26,509 nucleotides of DNA from Gemmatimonadota bacterium (GTDB taxonomy: Bacteria; Gemmatimonadota; Gemmatimonadetes; Palauibacterales; Palauibacteraceae), in assembly GCA_039588275.1 (NCBI GenBank), contig JBDHAC010000040.1, positions 1-26,509 of the forward strand, given 5' to 3'. Position 1 is the first letter of the stretch. The number at the start of each line of letters is the position of its first letter. Under the pieces are notes generated by a model, which made no database searches, was not told the DNA's origin, and saw nothing but the letters and a program-made list of their open reading frames with translations. The position numbers and the translations under genes are program-made. Shown here in pieces: positions 7,993-17,941 of this stretch.

Positions 7993-9129
7993 TCATGGGT
8001 CCCCGGCGAGCTCCTCGGTTCGCACGGTGAGGTCTTCGATCCTGTCCGCGTCCACGTCGACGCCGAGCCCCGGGGCGTCGAACGGGACCTCCACCAGCCC
8101 GTCGTCGGTCATGGTCCATTCCGGTTTGACGATGTCACGCTCCCAGTAACGCCCGCTCGGCGAAAGATCACCCGGGAGTCTGAAGTTGCGGAGCGATGCG
8201 AGCGCGACGTTGTACGCGCGGCCCACACCGCTTTCGAGCATGCCGCCACACCACACAGGCATCCCGTGCGCCTCCGCCATGTCATGGATGGCTCGGGCCG
8301 CCACGAAGCCGCCGACCCGTCCGGGCTTCACGTTGATGATCCGGCCGCTGCCGAGGGTGATCATGTCCTCTGCGCTGGCGACATCCACGATGGACTCATC
8401 GAGGCAGATCGGTGTCTCCAATCGTGACTGAAGCTCGGCGTGTCGAACCAGATCACCCGTCGCGAGCGGCTGTTCGATCATCATGAGCTCGAAGCGATCG
8501 AGTCGACGGAGATCCTCGGCGTCCGCGAGCGAGTAGGCCGCGTTCGCATCGACTGCGAGCCCCGCTACAGGACCCAGGGCCTCGCGAACGGCGGCCACGT
8601 AATCGTGATCCGCTCCGGGCCGGATCTTGAGCTTTACCTTGCGGTACCCGGCATCGATGGCCGCCGACGCCTTCGCCGCCAGGGCCTCGGGTGAATCCTG
8701 GATCCCCAGAGAGATACCGACCGGCACCCGGCGCTGGCTTCCTCCTAGCCGCGCGGCCAACGGCACCTGGTCCATCTCGGCCGCCATGCACCAGAACCCC
8801 ATCTCCACGGTGGCCCTCGCCATCGGGTGGCCGCGGGCCGCGTCCGCCAGCCGCCGCGACACGTCTTCGGGCTTCGCGAACGCGCGCGCGAGGACCTTCG
8901 GGCCGAACCATTCCCGGATCGCGAGCCATGCGGTGTCGATGGTCTCGGGGGAGTAGTTGGGACGCTCGCCGGCCACGCATTCCGCCCACGTGACGAGTCC
9001 GTCCGGGTGGTGAAGCTCCAGGAGCAAGATCCGGCGCTGGTCCACCCAGCCCGAGGAGATCTCGAACCGCTCCCGCAGCGGGAGCCGAATCTCTCGGAGG
9101 ACGAATCGGTCGACCCGCAAGTTGCTCAT
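7993..9129 (-). CDS. menC: o-succinylbenzoate synthase / N-succinylamino acid racemase (enolase superfamily)
   Basis: KVKLKI (KxK), VDAN, IEQP, LDES, INVKPGRVGG, WCGGMLESG, PGDLS..RYW motifs of the NSAR/OSBS subfamily. Confidence 0.9.
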   Translation of the reverse strand: MSNLRVDRFVLREIRLPLRERFEISSGWVDQRRILLLELHHPDGLVTWAECVAGERPNYSPETIDTAWLAIREWFGPKVLARAFAKPEDVSRRLADAARGHPMARATVEMGFWCMAAEMDQVPLAARLGGSQRRVPVGISLGIQDSPEALAAKASAAIDAGYRKVKLKIRPGADHDYVAAVREALGPVAGLAVDANAAYSLADAEDLRRLDRFELMMIEQPLATGDLVRHAELQSRLETPICLDESIVDVASAEDMITLGSGRIINVKPGRVGGFVAARAIHDMAEAHGMPVWCGGMLESGVGRAYNVALASLRNFRLPGDLSPSGRYWERDIVKPEWTMTDDGLVEVPFDAPGLGVDVDADRIEDLTVRTEELAGDP

Positions 9130-10526
9130 CGCCAGTCGATGTGCGCGAGATCATCGGCCGTGAAGACCTCGCCTTGGAGCGCGGTCAGCTCGGCCCGGCC
9201 CAGGTAGCGACCACGAAGGATGACGGCGTCGATGGCGCTCAGGTTCGAAACGTCGGCGAGCGGATCGGCGGCGAGGAGGACGAGGTCGGCCAGGAAGCCG
9301 GGCTCGACCGTTCCCAGCTCATCGGACAGGCCCAGAAACTCGGCGGGATGGCGCGTGGCGCCCATCAGGGCCTCGTGAGGCGTCATCCCGACGGCCCGCA
9401 CGAACAGCCCCAGCTCCTCGTGCAGGCTGGAGCCCGGGTAGATGTTGATGACCGCCGCGTCGGATCCTGCCAGAATGCGGACTCCGGCGCGATGCATCTC
9501 GCGCAGGGTCGTCACCCAGCCTTGATAGATCACGGGCCAGTCGACACCCGAGTCCGCACGGCGCTCGGCAGCCTGCTCCCGCCAGTCCGCGATCAGGAAG
9601 CGAGATGCATAGGGCCGCCGGTCGTCGAGAAGTCCGAGGCTGTCTCGAACGATCGCGTCGAGCGTATCGGCCGACAAGAGTATCGAAGCCTCGAAGTTCA
9701 CCAGGGTCGGCACCACGGCCACGTCGCGGGCCACGAGCTCCGAGTAGAAAGCCGCGCGCTCGTGGGCCGATACGCTTCCCAAAGGTGGATAGAGGAAATG
9801 CTCGATGCTTCGGTGACCGGTCTCGATCAGCTCATCGGGAGGGAGGCCGAACGTGTGTCCGGCAACGCGCAGATCATGCGCGCGCGCCGCAGCCACGATC
9901 GCTCGGTACGTGTCGAGGGAGGCCAGCGTCCGCACCTTGATGAAATCGACTCCCAGCGCCGCCAGCGAGTCCACTACCACACGAGCTCGGTCGGGATCGC
10001 CGACCGCGATCCGCGTGCGCCCGACCGGCTCGACCACCTCCGCGTCCAGCATGCGCTCTACGTTCTCGGGTGTCTCGAGGTAGGGCCCGGCCAGCACCAT
10101 CCGTGGACCCAGACGGTCTCCCCGCCCGATGGCTTCCCGCCAGTCGAGTAGCTCTTCGAGCTCCCCCCCCATGTCACGCACCGAGGTGACCCCGTTCGTC
10201 ACGAACAGGATCAGGGCCGAGGCGCGCGTCTTGGACAGGTGGACGTGCATGTCCCACAGCCCGGGAATGATGTACTTGCCCGAGCCGTCGATCACACGCC
10301 CGCCGGCGGGACACTCGATCGTCTCGGACGGCCCCACCGCGGCGATGCGGTCTCCGCGTATTAGCACCGTCATGTCCGGACGCGGGGTCGTGTCGGTCCC
10401 GTCGATGAGGGTCACGTTTCGGATGATCAGGGCATCATCGACGGTCGATGCCGGGCCGCAGCCAAGCGCGAGCATCGCCGCGATCCCGATCGACCCGAAC
10501 GATCGAACCTGTGGGACGTCAAGCAT
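9126..10526 (-). CDS. Amidohydrolase family protein, probable lipoprotein
   Basis: PGLWDMHVH, GVTSVRDMG, FIKV, AGH, SIEH, AGSD motifs; lipobox LALGC; stop overlaps the menC ATG; start at ATG 10526 is tentative. Confidence 0.88.
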   Translation of the reverse strand: MLDVPQVRSFGSIGIAAMLALGCGPASTVDDALIIRNVTLIDGTDTTPRPDMTVLIRGDRIAAVGPSETIECPAGGRVIDGSGKYIIPGLWDMHVHLSKTRASALILFVTNGVTSVRDMGGELEELLDWREAIGRGDRLGPRMVLAGPYLETPENVERMLDAEVVEPVGRTRIAVGDPDRARVVVDSLAALGVDFIKVRTLASLDTYRAIVAAARAHDLRVAGHTFGLPPDELIETGHRSIEHFLYPPLGSVSAHERAAFYSELVARDVAVVPTLVNFEASILLSADTLDAIVRDSLGLLDDRRPYASRFLIADWREQAAERRADSGVDWPVIYQGWVTTLREMHRAGVRILAGSDAAVINIYPGSSLHEELGLFVRAVGMTPHEALMGATRHPAEFLGLSDELGTVEPGFLADLVLLAADPLADVSNLSAIDAVILRGRYLGRAELTALQGEVFTADDLAHIDWR

Positions 10527-10809
10527 AAGAGGTCTGGTCAAGCACGGGTGTGTGGCATCGCCGAGCGTCCGCAGGCTCACCGGTCGCCAACCTGCACAGG
10601 CCACCAGCTGAAGAGACTCCGGCAGCTACCATCTCGCTGGACCCAACATAACGGCTCGAGTCGGGCCCGGTCGACTAACACCGGTCCATGCCCGCGCATC
10701 GAAGGGAAGGAGGGCTCGAACGGCCGAGGGCGTCACGAATCGGTAAGCTCGAGCGTCTATACTTTGGCTGCCCTCCGGGGTGATTCTCGGACCAGACAGG
10801 GAAGAGGCG

Positions 10810-11250
10810 ATGACGAGGCTCGTTCTCCCCCGCTCCTCACGCGCGCACTGGCGGGCGCGACGACGGGTCCCGTGGATCATCGGGCTCGTGTTGGGGGTCG
10901 CCATATGGCTCGCGGCGTGCTCGCCATCGATTCTCGGCACGGATCCCAATACGGGCTTCGACATCCTCGTTACGCGGGGCCCGATCCAGCCCGTCGCCAG
11001 GGAGGGGGAGGACAACTCGGCCCCTGTGGAGGATGCCCTGGTGCTCATCCGGCGCACGGACGCCTCGGGTGACACTCGCGTTCGGACGGACGCAGCCGGG
11101 AACGTGATCGCGTTGCTCGTGCCGGGCGACTATCAGGTCGAGGTGCGAGAGTGTCCGGGCGCGATGTCACTCCCTGCCCCCACTGCTGCTTCTGTCACAC
11201 CCGGTGAGCTGACGGCGCTCGCGTTCTCCTGCGACACCGGTATCCGCTAG
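10810..11250 (+). CDS. Putative lipoprotein with carboxypeptidase-regulatory-like (prealbumin-like) beta domain
   Basis: GAAGAGG SD before ATG 10810; Arg-rich N-region, hydrophobic stretch, LAAC lipobox; TDAAG..LVPGDYQV motif; C-terminal CDTGIR. Confidence 0.65.
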   Translation: MTRLVLPRSSRAHWRARRRVPWIIGLVLGVAIWLAACSPSILGTDPNTGFDILVTRGPIQPVAREGEDNSAPVEDALVLIRRTDASGDTRVRTDAAGNVIALLVPGDYQVEVRECPGAMSLPAPTAASVTPGELTALAFSCDTGIR

Positions 11251-11268
11251 CCGGGCGCTCCACGGGAT

Positions 11269-11297
11269 TTCCCACAGAATCGAGTGGCCCCTATATT
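11269..11297 (+). promoter_or_regulatory. Sigma70-type promoter for metH operon
   Basis: TTCCCA (11269-11274), 17 nt, TATATT (11292-11297), just upstream of the riboswitch. Confidence 0.5.
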
Positions 11298-11327
11298 GCA
11301 CGGCCGAGTACAACATGACAGCCGATC

Positions 11328-11383
11328 GTACGTGGTGATTTGAGGCAGATTGCAGCCACGCTAAAAAAGTCGCTAAAGAGCCC
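11328..11383 (+). ncRNA. SAM-II (SAM_alpha-type) riboswitch aptamer
   Basis: CGTGG-TGATTTG-AGGCAGA-TTGCAG-CCACG-CTAAAAAAGTC-GCTAAAG-AGCC: P1 CGTGG/CCACG plus conserved TGATTT, TTGC, A-rich linker and GCTAAA; directly upstream of metH. Confidence 0.9.
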
Positions 11384-11417
11384 GCCCCGGCGCGACTAGC
11401 GGCGGGGCTTCTTTGTT
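11384..11417 (+). terminator. Intrinsic terminator forming the riboswitch expression platform
   Basis: GCCCCG-G-CGC [GACTA] GCG-G-CGGGGC followed by TTCTTTGTT, between the aptamer and the GGAGG SD (11418-11422). Confidence 0.75.
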
Positions 11418-11426
11418 GGAGGGTAT

Positions 11427-14400
11427 GTGAGGCAAGATCGCGACAGCCGGGCAGAGGTGCTTCGGGCGGCGTGCGAGGACCGCATCCTCGTGCTCGATGG
11501 TGCGATGGGGACCATGATCCAGCGCTTCCGCCTCGAAGAGAGCGACTACCGGGGTGAGCGGTTCGCGAACCACCCCACGCCGCTGCAGGGGAACCACGAC
11601 CTCCTGTCGCTCACGCGACCGGATGCGATCGCGGACATCCACCGTGCGTATCTGGATGCGGGCGCGGACATCATCGAGACGAACACGTTCAACGCGCAGG
11701 CGATCTCACAAGCCGATTACGGCACGGAAGCCGCCGTAGCCGACATGAACCGGGAAGCCGCCAGGATCGCACGGGCCGCAGCGGACGAGTTCTGGGCCCT
11801 CGACCCGACGCGACCGCGCTTTGTCGCCGGCAGTCTCGGTCCGACCAACCGAACGGCATCGCTCTCGCCCGACGTGGAGAACCCGAGCTTTCGGGCGGTG
11901 ACGTTCGACGAACTGGCAGGCGCATATCGGGAGCAAGCCGAAGCGCTGATCGCCGGCGGCGTGGATCTCCTCCTCGTGGAGACAGTGTTCGACACGCTGA
12001 ACTGCAAGGCGGCCCTGTTCGCGCTCCTGGATCTGGTCGAAACGCTCGATGTCGAGGTCCCGCTCTGGGTGTCGGGGACGATCACCGATCGCAGCGGGCG
12101 CACCCTGTCCGGGCAGACGACAGAGGCGTTCTGGTGTTCGATTCGGCACGCGAATCTGTTCAGTGTAGGCCTGAATTGCGCACTCGGGGCTAGCGACCTG
12201 CGCCCCTACGTGGAGGAGCTCTCTCGCCTTGCGGACACTCGAGTGAGCTGTCACCCGAATGCAGGTTTGCCCAACGAGTTCGGCGAGTACGACGAGAGTC
12301 CCGAGGCGATGGCGGCGGTGCTTGGCGGGTTCGCAGACGATGGACTCGTCAACGTCGTCGGGGGCTGCTGCGGGACAACGCCCGATCACACACGGGCCCT
12401 CGCCGACCGGGTGCGTGGCCTGGCACCCCGGGCTCCGGCCCGGCCGTCGAGACTCCCGCGCCTGAGCGGGCTCGAGCCACTCGTCATACGTCCGGACAGC
12501 CTGTTCTTGAACATCGGGGAACGCACGAACGTAACGGGCTCGGCACGCTTCGCCCGGCTCATCCAGGAGGACCGCTTCGAGGACGCGATCGACGTCGCGC
12601 GTGACCAGGTGCTGAACGGCGCGCAGATGATCGACATCAACATGGACGAAGGGCTTCTCGATTCGGTCGAGGCGATGACGCGTTTCCTCAACCTGATCGC
12701 GGCCGAGCCGGACATCGCCCGCGTCCCTGTGGTTGTCGACTCGTCGCGCTGGGAGGTGATCGAGGCGGGTCTGAAGTGCCTGCAAGGGAAGGGGGTGGTG
12801 AACTCGATCAGCCTGAAGGAGGGCGAGGATCTCTTCCTGGAGCAGGCACGGCTCGTCCGGCGGTACGGGGCCGCCGTGATCGTGATGGCGTTCGACGAGG
12901 AGGGGCAGGCCGACACCGAGGACCGCAAGGTGGAGATCTGCGAGCGCGCGTTCACGCTCCTCACCGAAGACGTCGGCTTTCCGCCCGAAGACATCATCTT
13001 CGATCCGAACATATTCGCGGTCGCGACGGGCATCGAATCCCACAACGAATACGGGCGGGCGTTTCTAGGGGCCACGCGGCGCATTAAGGAGACGCTCACG
13101 GGCGCCCTGGTGAGTGGCGGGGTGAGCAACTTCTCGTTCGCGTTCCGCGGCAACAACGCGGTGCGGGAAGCGATGCACTCGGCCTTCCTGTACCACGCGA
13201 TTCAAGCCGGCCTCGACATGGGCATCGTCAACGCGGGCCGCCTTCCCGTATACGACGATATCCCCGGCGAGCTTCTCGAGGCCGTGGAGGATGTCCTCTT
13301 CAACCGCCGCGCGGACGCCACGGAGCGTCTGACCGAGATTGCCGGCCGTGTGAGCGGTCAGACAGAGCGCTCGGGACCCGATCTCGCCTGGCGGGATCTG
13401 GGGGTGGAGGAGCGCCTGAAGCATGCGCTCGTCGAAGGGATCGTCGACTTCATCGAAGAAGACACCGAAGAGGCGCGTCTGATGTACGAGCGCCCGCTGA
13501 GCGTAATCGAAGGTCCCCTCATGGGTGGCATGCAGCGGGTGGGCGACCTGTTCGGAAGCGGGAAGATGTTCCTCCCGCAGGTGGTGAAGAGCGCCCGAGT
13601 CATGAAGAAGGCGGTGGAATACCTCGTCCCGTTCCTCGAAGCGGAGCGCGCGGCGGGTGGCGACGGAGGCGCGAGCGCCCGCTCGAAAGGGAAGATCCTG
13701 CTCGCTACCGTGAAAGGCGATGTGCACGACATCGGGAAGAACATCGTGGGAGTGGTTCTCGGCTGCAACGACTACGAGGTGATCGATCTCGGCGTGATGG
13801 TTCCGGCCGACCGCATCCTGGAGACCGCTCGCGAGCAGGGGGCCGACATCATCGGACTGAGCGGGCTCATCACCCCCTCGCTGGACGAGATGGTGCACGT
13901 GGCCGGGGAGATGGAGCGTCAGGAGCTCGAGACTCCGCTGCTGATCGGGGGCGCGACCACGTCTCGGAAGCACACGGCCGTGCGGATCGATGAGAAGTAC
14001 AGGGGACCGATCGTGCACGTGCTCGATGCGTCACGGTGCGTGGGCGTCGTGTCCAGCCTGCTCAATCCAGAGCGTCGCGAGTCCTTCGCGCGCGGGGTCG
14101 CCGAGGAGTACGAGCGGGTGCGAGTCGAGTTCGCCGAGCGCGAGGGCGGACGACGGCTGGTGTCGCTCGAGGAGGCGCGCGCCAATCGCTGGACGTGCGA
14201 TTGGGACTCATATACGCCCCCGCGACCCCCGAAGCCCGGGATCGAAGTCTACGGGAGCTACTCCATCGAGGAGCTGATCGGCTTCATCGACTGGACTCCC
14301 TTCTTTCAGGCTTGGGAGCTGCGGGGCCGGTATCCGGCGATCCTGGAGGACCCTGTCGTGGGGGAGTCGGCGCGCGGGCTGTTCGATGACGCCAGGGCGC

Positions 14401-15161
14401 TGCTCGAGCGCATCGTGGAAGAGCGGCTGCTCACGGCGCGGGCCGTGGTCGGGCTGTTTCCCGCCGCATCGAGCGGTGACGACGTGATCCTGTTCGAGGG
14501 GTCGGATCGGACGCGAACCGGGGCCATCGCTCACCACCTGCGTCAGCAGATGGAGCGGCGGGACGACCGTCGCAACGTCTGTCTGGCGGACTTCGTGGCG
14601 CCCGTGGATCGGCACGCGGAGGACTGGATCGGCGCGTTCGCCGTGACCGCCGGCCTGGGTCTGGAGGAGCTGTGCGCGGCCTTCGAGGCGGACCACGACG
14701 ACTACCGAAGCATCCTCTCGAAGGCGCTGGCAGACAGGCTGGCCGAGGCCCTCGCGGAACGCTTGCACCAGCGGGTTCGGGCCGAGCTGTGGGGGTACGC
14801 GCCGGGCGAGTCGCTCGACATCGAGGCCCTGATCGCCGAGGCCTACGACGGGATCCGACCGGCGCCCGGTTACCCGGCGTGTCCGGATCACACGCAGAAG
14901 CGCCTGCTCTTCGACCTGCTGGGTGTGCCGCAGGCCATCGGGGTCGAGTTGACCGAGAGCTATGCCATGTGGCCGGCCGCATCGGTGAGCGGTTGGTACT
15001 TCTCGCACCCGGACTCGTTCTACTTCGGGGTCGGAAGAATCGATCGTGACCAGGTCGCGGACTACGCGTCGCGCGCCGGGATGCCGCTTCCGGAAGTCGA
15101 GCGTTGGCTCTCGCCCAGTCTGGCGTACACGCCCGAACCCGAGCCCGTGGGCGCCCCGTGA
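11427..15161 (+). CDS. metH: Cobalamin-dependent methionine synthase (full four-module enzyme)
   Basis: [10 protein letters not shown], Zn ligands GLNC and GGCCG, pterin domain [10 protein letters not shown], cap [14 protein letters not shown]12 motif DVHDIGKN, reactivation domain [10 protein letters not shown]. Confidence 0.98.
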   Translation: MRQDRDSRAEVLRAACEDRILVLDGAMGTMIQRFRLEESDYRGERFANHPTPLQGNHDLLSLTRPDAIADIHRAYLDAGADIIETNTFNAQAISQADYGTEAAVADMNREAARIARAAADEFWALDPTRPRFVAGSLGPTNRTASLSPDVENPSFRAVTFDELAGAYREQAEALIAGGVDLLLVETVFDTLNCKAALFALLDLVETLDVEVPLWVSGTITDRSGRTLSGQTTEAFWCSIRHANLFSVGLNCALGASDLRPYVEELSRLADTRVSCHPNAGLPNEFGEYDESPEAMAAVLGGFADDGLVNVVGGCCGTTPDHTRALADRVRGLAPRAPARPSRLPRLSGLEPLVIRPDSLFLNIGERTNVTGSARFARLIQEDRFEDAIDVARDQVLNGAQMIDINMDEGLLDSVEAMTRFLNLIAAEPDIARVPVVVDSSRWEVIEAGLKCLQGKGVVNSISLKEGEDLFLEQARLVRRYGAAVIVMAFDEEGQADTEDRKVEICERAFTLLTEDVGFPPEDIIFDPNIFAVATGIESHNEYGRAFLGATRRIKETLTGALVSGGVSNFSFAFRGNNAVREAMHSAFLYHAIQAGLDMGIVNAGRLPVYDDIPGELLEAVEDVLFNRRADATERLTEIAGRVSGQTERSGPDLAWRDLGVEERLKHALVEGIVDFIEEDTEEARLMYERPLSVIEGPLMGGMQRVGDLFGSGKMFLPQVVKSARVMKKAVEYLVPFLEAERAAGGDGGASARSKGKILLATVKGDVHDIGKNIVGVVLGCNDYEVIDLGVMVPADRILETAREQGADIIGLSGLITPSLDEMVHVAGEMERQELETPLLIGGATTSRKHTAVRIDEKYRGPIVHVLDASRCVGVVSSLLNPERRESFARGVAEEYERVRVEFAEREGGRRLVSLEEARANRWTCDWDSYTPPRPPKPGIEVYGSYSIEELIGFIDWTPFFQAWELRGRYPAILEDPVVGESARGLFDDARALLERIVEERLLTARAVVGLFPAASSGDDVILFEGSDRTRTGAIAHHLRQQMERRDDRRNVCLADFVAPVDRHAEDWIGAFAVTAGLGLEELCAAFEADHDDYRSILSKALADRLAEALAERLHQRVRAELWGYAPGESLDIEALIAEAYDGIRPAPGYPACPDHTQKRLLFDLLGVPQAIGVELTESYAMWPAASVSGWYFSHPDSFYFGVGRIDRDQVADYASRAGMPLPEVERWLSPSLAYTPEPEPVGAP

Positions 15162-16999
15162 GCGAGCGATTGCGGGAGCTGATCGAAGACGGACGCGTCC
15201 ACCTCATGGACGGGGCCATGGGAACCGTGCTGTACACCCGGGGCGTGTTCGTGAACGTGTGCTACGATGAGCTGAACCTCACCCGGCCGGACGTCGTGCT
15301 CGGCGTTCATTCGGACTACGTGCGGGCCGGCGCGGAGGTGATCGAGACCAACACGTTCGGCGCGAATCCGGTGAAGCTGTCCGCCTTCAATCTCGACGAG
15401 CAGACCGAAGAGGTGAACGAGGCGGCGGCCGGTCTCGCGCGGCGCGCGGCCGGCGACCGGGCCTGCGTGCTGGGGGCGATCGGTCCGCTCGGGATCCGCA
15501 TCGAGCCCTGGGGGCCGACCTCGATCGACGAGGCGGTCGACTTCTTCAGTCGGCAAGCGACGGGACTCGCCGAGGGCGGAGTAGACGGGTTCGTGCTCGA
15601 GACGTTCAGCGACATCGAAGAGCTGCACGCCGCGCTGTCAGGCGCGCGCGCGGTCACGGATCTGCCGGTGTTCGCTCAGATGTCCTTTGGGGAGGCAGGG
15701 GAGACGGCGTACGGGGCTACCGTCGAAGCCGTCGCTGAAGCGGCGGAGCAATGGGGCGTGGAGGTCTTCGGTCTCAACTGTTCGCTGGGGCCGTCGGCGG
15801 CGCTGGAGACCGTGGAGCGGATGTTGGCCGTTACATCCCTCCCCATCTCCGCCCTGCCGAACGCAGGACTCCCCCGCGATGTCGGCGATCGCAAGATCTA
15901 CCTCGCGAGCCCCGAGTACATGGCCCGATACGCACGCCGCATGGCGGAGGCCGGAGCCAGGTTCATCGGCGGGTGTTGTGGGACGACACCCGAGCATACC
16001 CGGCATATGGCCGAGTTGTTGGGTGCGCAGCGGAATCGAACGCCGCGGGTGCGGGTCGAGGCGGTTCACGACGTGCCCGATCCGAATCGGCTCGAGCCTG
16101 TCTCGCTACAGGATCGCTCCGCGCTCGGGCGCAAGCTCGCCGCAGGAGAGTTCGTGCACACGGTTGAGCTGACGCCGACGCGCGGGTGGGAGCCGCGGGA
16201 GTTGATCGCGCGCACTCGGCATCTTCGGGACGCCGGTGTCGACGCGGTGAATATCGTCGATCCGCCGGCGGCAAGCAGCCGGATCGGCTCGTTGCCGGCA
16301 GCGATCATCATCGAGCGCGAAGTCGGCGTCGAGGCGGTCGTACACTACACGTGTCGCGACCGCAACATGCTGGGCATGGTGACCGACTTGCTTGGTGCAG
16401 CGGGCGCGGGGGTCAGGAACCTCCTCCTGGTGACCGGTGATCCCCCCCGCAGCGGGCCGTACGACACAACGGGAGTCTACGACATCGACAGCATCGGACT
16501 GACAAACGTGGTACACCAGCTCAATCGCGGACGGGATCCGGGCGGCTCCGCGATCGGTGCACCCACCTCGTTCGTCATCGGGGTGGCGCTGAACCAGACC
16601 GCGATGGACCAGGAGGACGAGCTGCGTCGCTTCGCGTGGAAGGTCGAGGCCGGCGCCGACTTCGCGATCACCCAACCGGTATTCGATCCCGATCGCTTTC
16701 TGGAAGCGCTCGCACCGGTCCGTGAGTACGGCATACCGGTGTTGGCGGGCATCTGGCCCCTGCTGTCTCTCCGAAACGCGGAGTTCCTAGCCAACGAAGT
16801 ACCGGGGTTGGAGGTGCCGGAGTGGGTCGTCGACCGCATGCGCGATGCCGAAGAGGAAGGACGCGAAACCGCGGAGCGCGAAGGCGTGATACTGGCGCGA
16901 GAGATGCTCGCGGCCGTACGGGACTCCGTTCAAGGCGTGATGATCAGTGCGCCCCGAAATCGCGTCGAGCGCGCACTGGCGGTGCTGGGCGACGGCTAG
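15158..16999 (+). CDS. yitJ: Bifunctional homocysteine S-methyltransferase / methylenetetrahydrofolate reductase (YitJ-like)
   Basis: GTG start overlaps the metH TGA; N-domain DGAMGT, GLNC, PNAG, GGCCGTT; C-domain [34 protein letters not shown]. Confidence 0.93.
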   Translation: MSERLRELIEDGRVHLMDGAMGTVLYTRGVFVNVCYDELNLTRPDVVLGVHSDYVRAGAEVIETNTFGANPVKLSAFNLDEQTEEVNEAAAGLARRAAGDRACVLGAIGPLGIRIEPWGPTSIDEAVDFFSRQATGLAEGGVDGFVLETFSDIEELHAALSGARAVTDLPVFAQMSFGEAGETAYGATVEAVAEAAEQWGVEVFGLNCSLGPSAALETVERMLAVTSLPISALPNAGLPRDVGDRKIYLASPEYMARYARRMAEAGARFIGGCCGTTPEHTRHMAELLGAQRNRTPRVRVEAVHDVPDPNRLEPVSLQDRSALGRKLAAGEFVHTVELTPTRGWEPRELIARTRHLRDAGVDAVNIVDPPAASSRIGSLPAAIIIEREVGVEAVVHYTCRDRNMLGMVTDLLGAAGAGVRNLLLVTGDPPRSGPYDTTGVYDIDSIGLTNVVHQLNRGRDPGGSAIGAPTSFVIGVALNQTAMDQEDELRRFAWKVEAGADFAITQPVFDPDRFLEALAPVREYGIPVLAGIWPLLSLRNAEFLANEVPGLEVPEWVVDRMRDAEEEGRETAEREGVILAREMLAAVRDSVQGVMISAPRNRVERALAVLGDG

Positions 17000-17068
17000 T
17001 CTTTGGACCGCGCCGAAAGCTCGTGCGCGTGACTCGCCCTGTTTCCGCTGGACCTGCTACAGGTGCTG

Positions 17069-17941
17069 TTACAGGAGCGCGTCGACCGCCTCCGCGATTC
17101 GACCGTATCGCTGCGCGGCGCGCCGCCCTCCGAGGTTACACACGTAGATCTTGTCGACCCCCATCCGGCGTAGCGCCACGACGGTCCGGGCGCAGATCTC
17201 CTCTGCGGTGTCGCCCGATGCAAACTCGCGCGAGATCAGCTCGGCCGGGACGGGGAAGAAACGGCCCAGGCGTTCGAGCATCGCGGGTCGCGCGCTCCTG
17301 TAGAAGAACACGCCGAAGACCCCGGGCGTCGTGAGCCCGCGACGGCCCGTCTCCTCCAGCCAGCTCTCCACGAACCTGGCGTCGTGGTGCGACACGATCT
17401 GGGTGAGGTAGTAATCGGCCTCGAACCGCTCGTCGAGCAGATAATCGACCTGTTGAACCTGATCACGATGAAGGTTCGCCCACCCTCCCAGACCGAGGTG
17501 GGGGAGTCGCTCCCGGAGAAGCTGTCTCAGCTCGAAGGCGTGCGGAACGCAACGGGACACGCCGCCCGTCTCATCGCCACCCACGACCGTCAATGCCTGA
17601 ACCCCCCGAGCGCTCGCTCTGGAGGCATACATGAGACAGTACTCGAGCGGGTGCTTGCAGGTGAGAAACGGCACGATCGTGGCAGGATCGATCTGTCCGG
17701 CGAGGTTCGCGGTCAGGTGTTGGAGGTTCTCTTCCTCGGTCTCGCCGACCGCGTTGTCCGTCACGAACACGAACGTCTCCTCGGCCGCGAGGCGTCGGAA
17801 AGCATGAAACAGGTCGATCCATGTCTCGATGCTGTCGCCGCGCGTCAGGTCGGCGCGAGGCGGACGGAGCTCGACCGCCGCCAGGGGCCGCTCCTCTCGC
17901 AGACGATCGAGCAGTCGAACCGATCGCTGGGGAGACGTCAA
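17069..17941 (-). CDS. Divergent MTHFR (MetF)-fold protein
   Basis: VELRPPR, VTDN, PFLTCK, VGGD, LTQ motifs in MTHFR order; TTG start overlaps the nnrE stop (TTGA). Confidence 0.7.
   Translation of the reverse strand: MTSPQRSVRLLDRLREERPLAAVELRPPRADLTRGDSIETWIDLFHAFRRLAAEETFVFVTDNAVGETEEENLQHLTANLAGQIDPATIVPFLTCKHPLEYCLMYASRASARGVQALTVVGGDETGGVSRCVPHAFELRQLLRERLPHLGLGGWANLHRDQVQQVDYLLDERFEADYYLTQIVSHHDARFVESWLEETGRRGLTTPGVFGVFFYRSARPAMLERLGRFFPVPAELISREFASGDTAEEICARTVVALRRMGVDKIYVCNLGGRRAAQRYGRIAEAVDALL

Noticed and set aside
7993..9129. Menaquinone biosynthesis operon
   Set aside because: No menF/D/H/E/B genes in the window; the GNAT neighbour points to a racemase context.
10527..10809. 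280-bp divergent intergenic region as possible sRNA
   Set aside because: Only a TATACT -10-like hexamer (10758-10763) was seen; no recognisable RNA motif or repeat.
11315..11338. Short uORF MTADRTW* ending inside the riboswitch
   Set aside because: No convincing SD and no Met-rich content; its TGA is part of the conserved SAM-II motif, so it is likely chance.
1321..16839. Many long antisense or alternate-frame ORFs (e.g. 1321..2556 +, 5080..6192 +, 11706..13043 -, 13065..14018 -)
   Set aside because: They overlap well-supported genes, lack motifs, and are expected from stop-codon scarcity in high-GC DNA.
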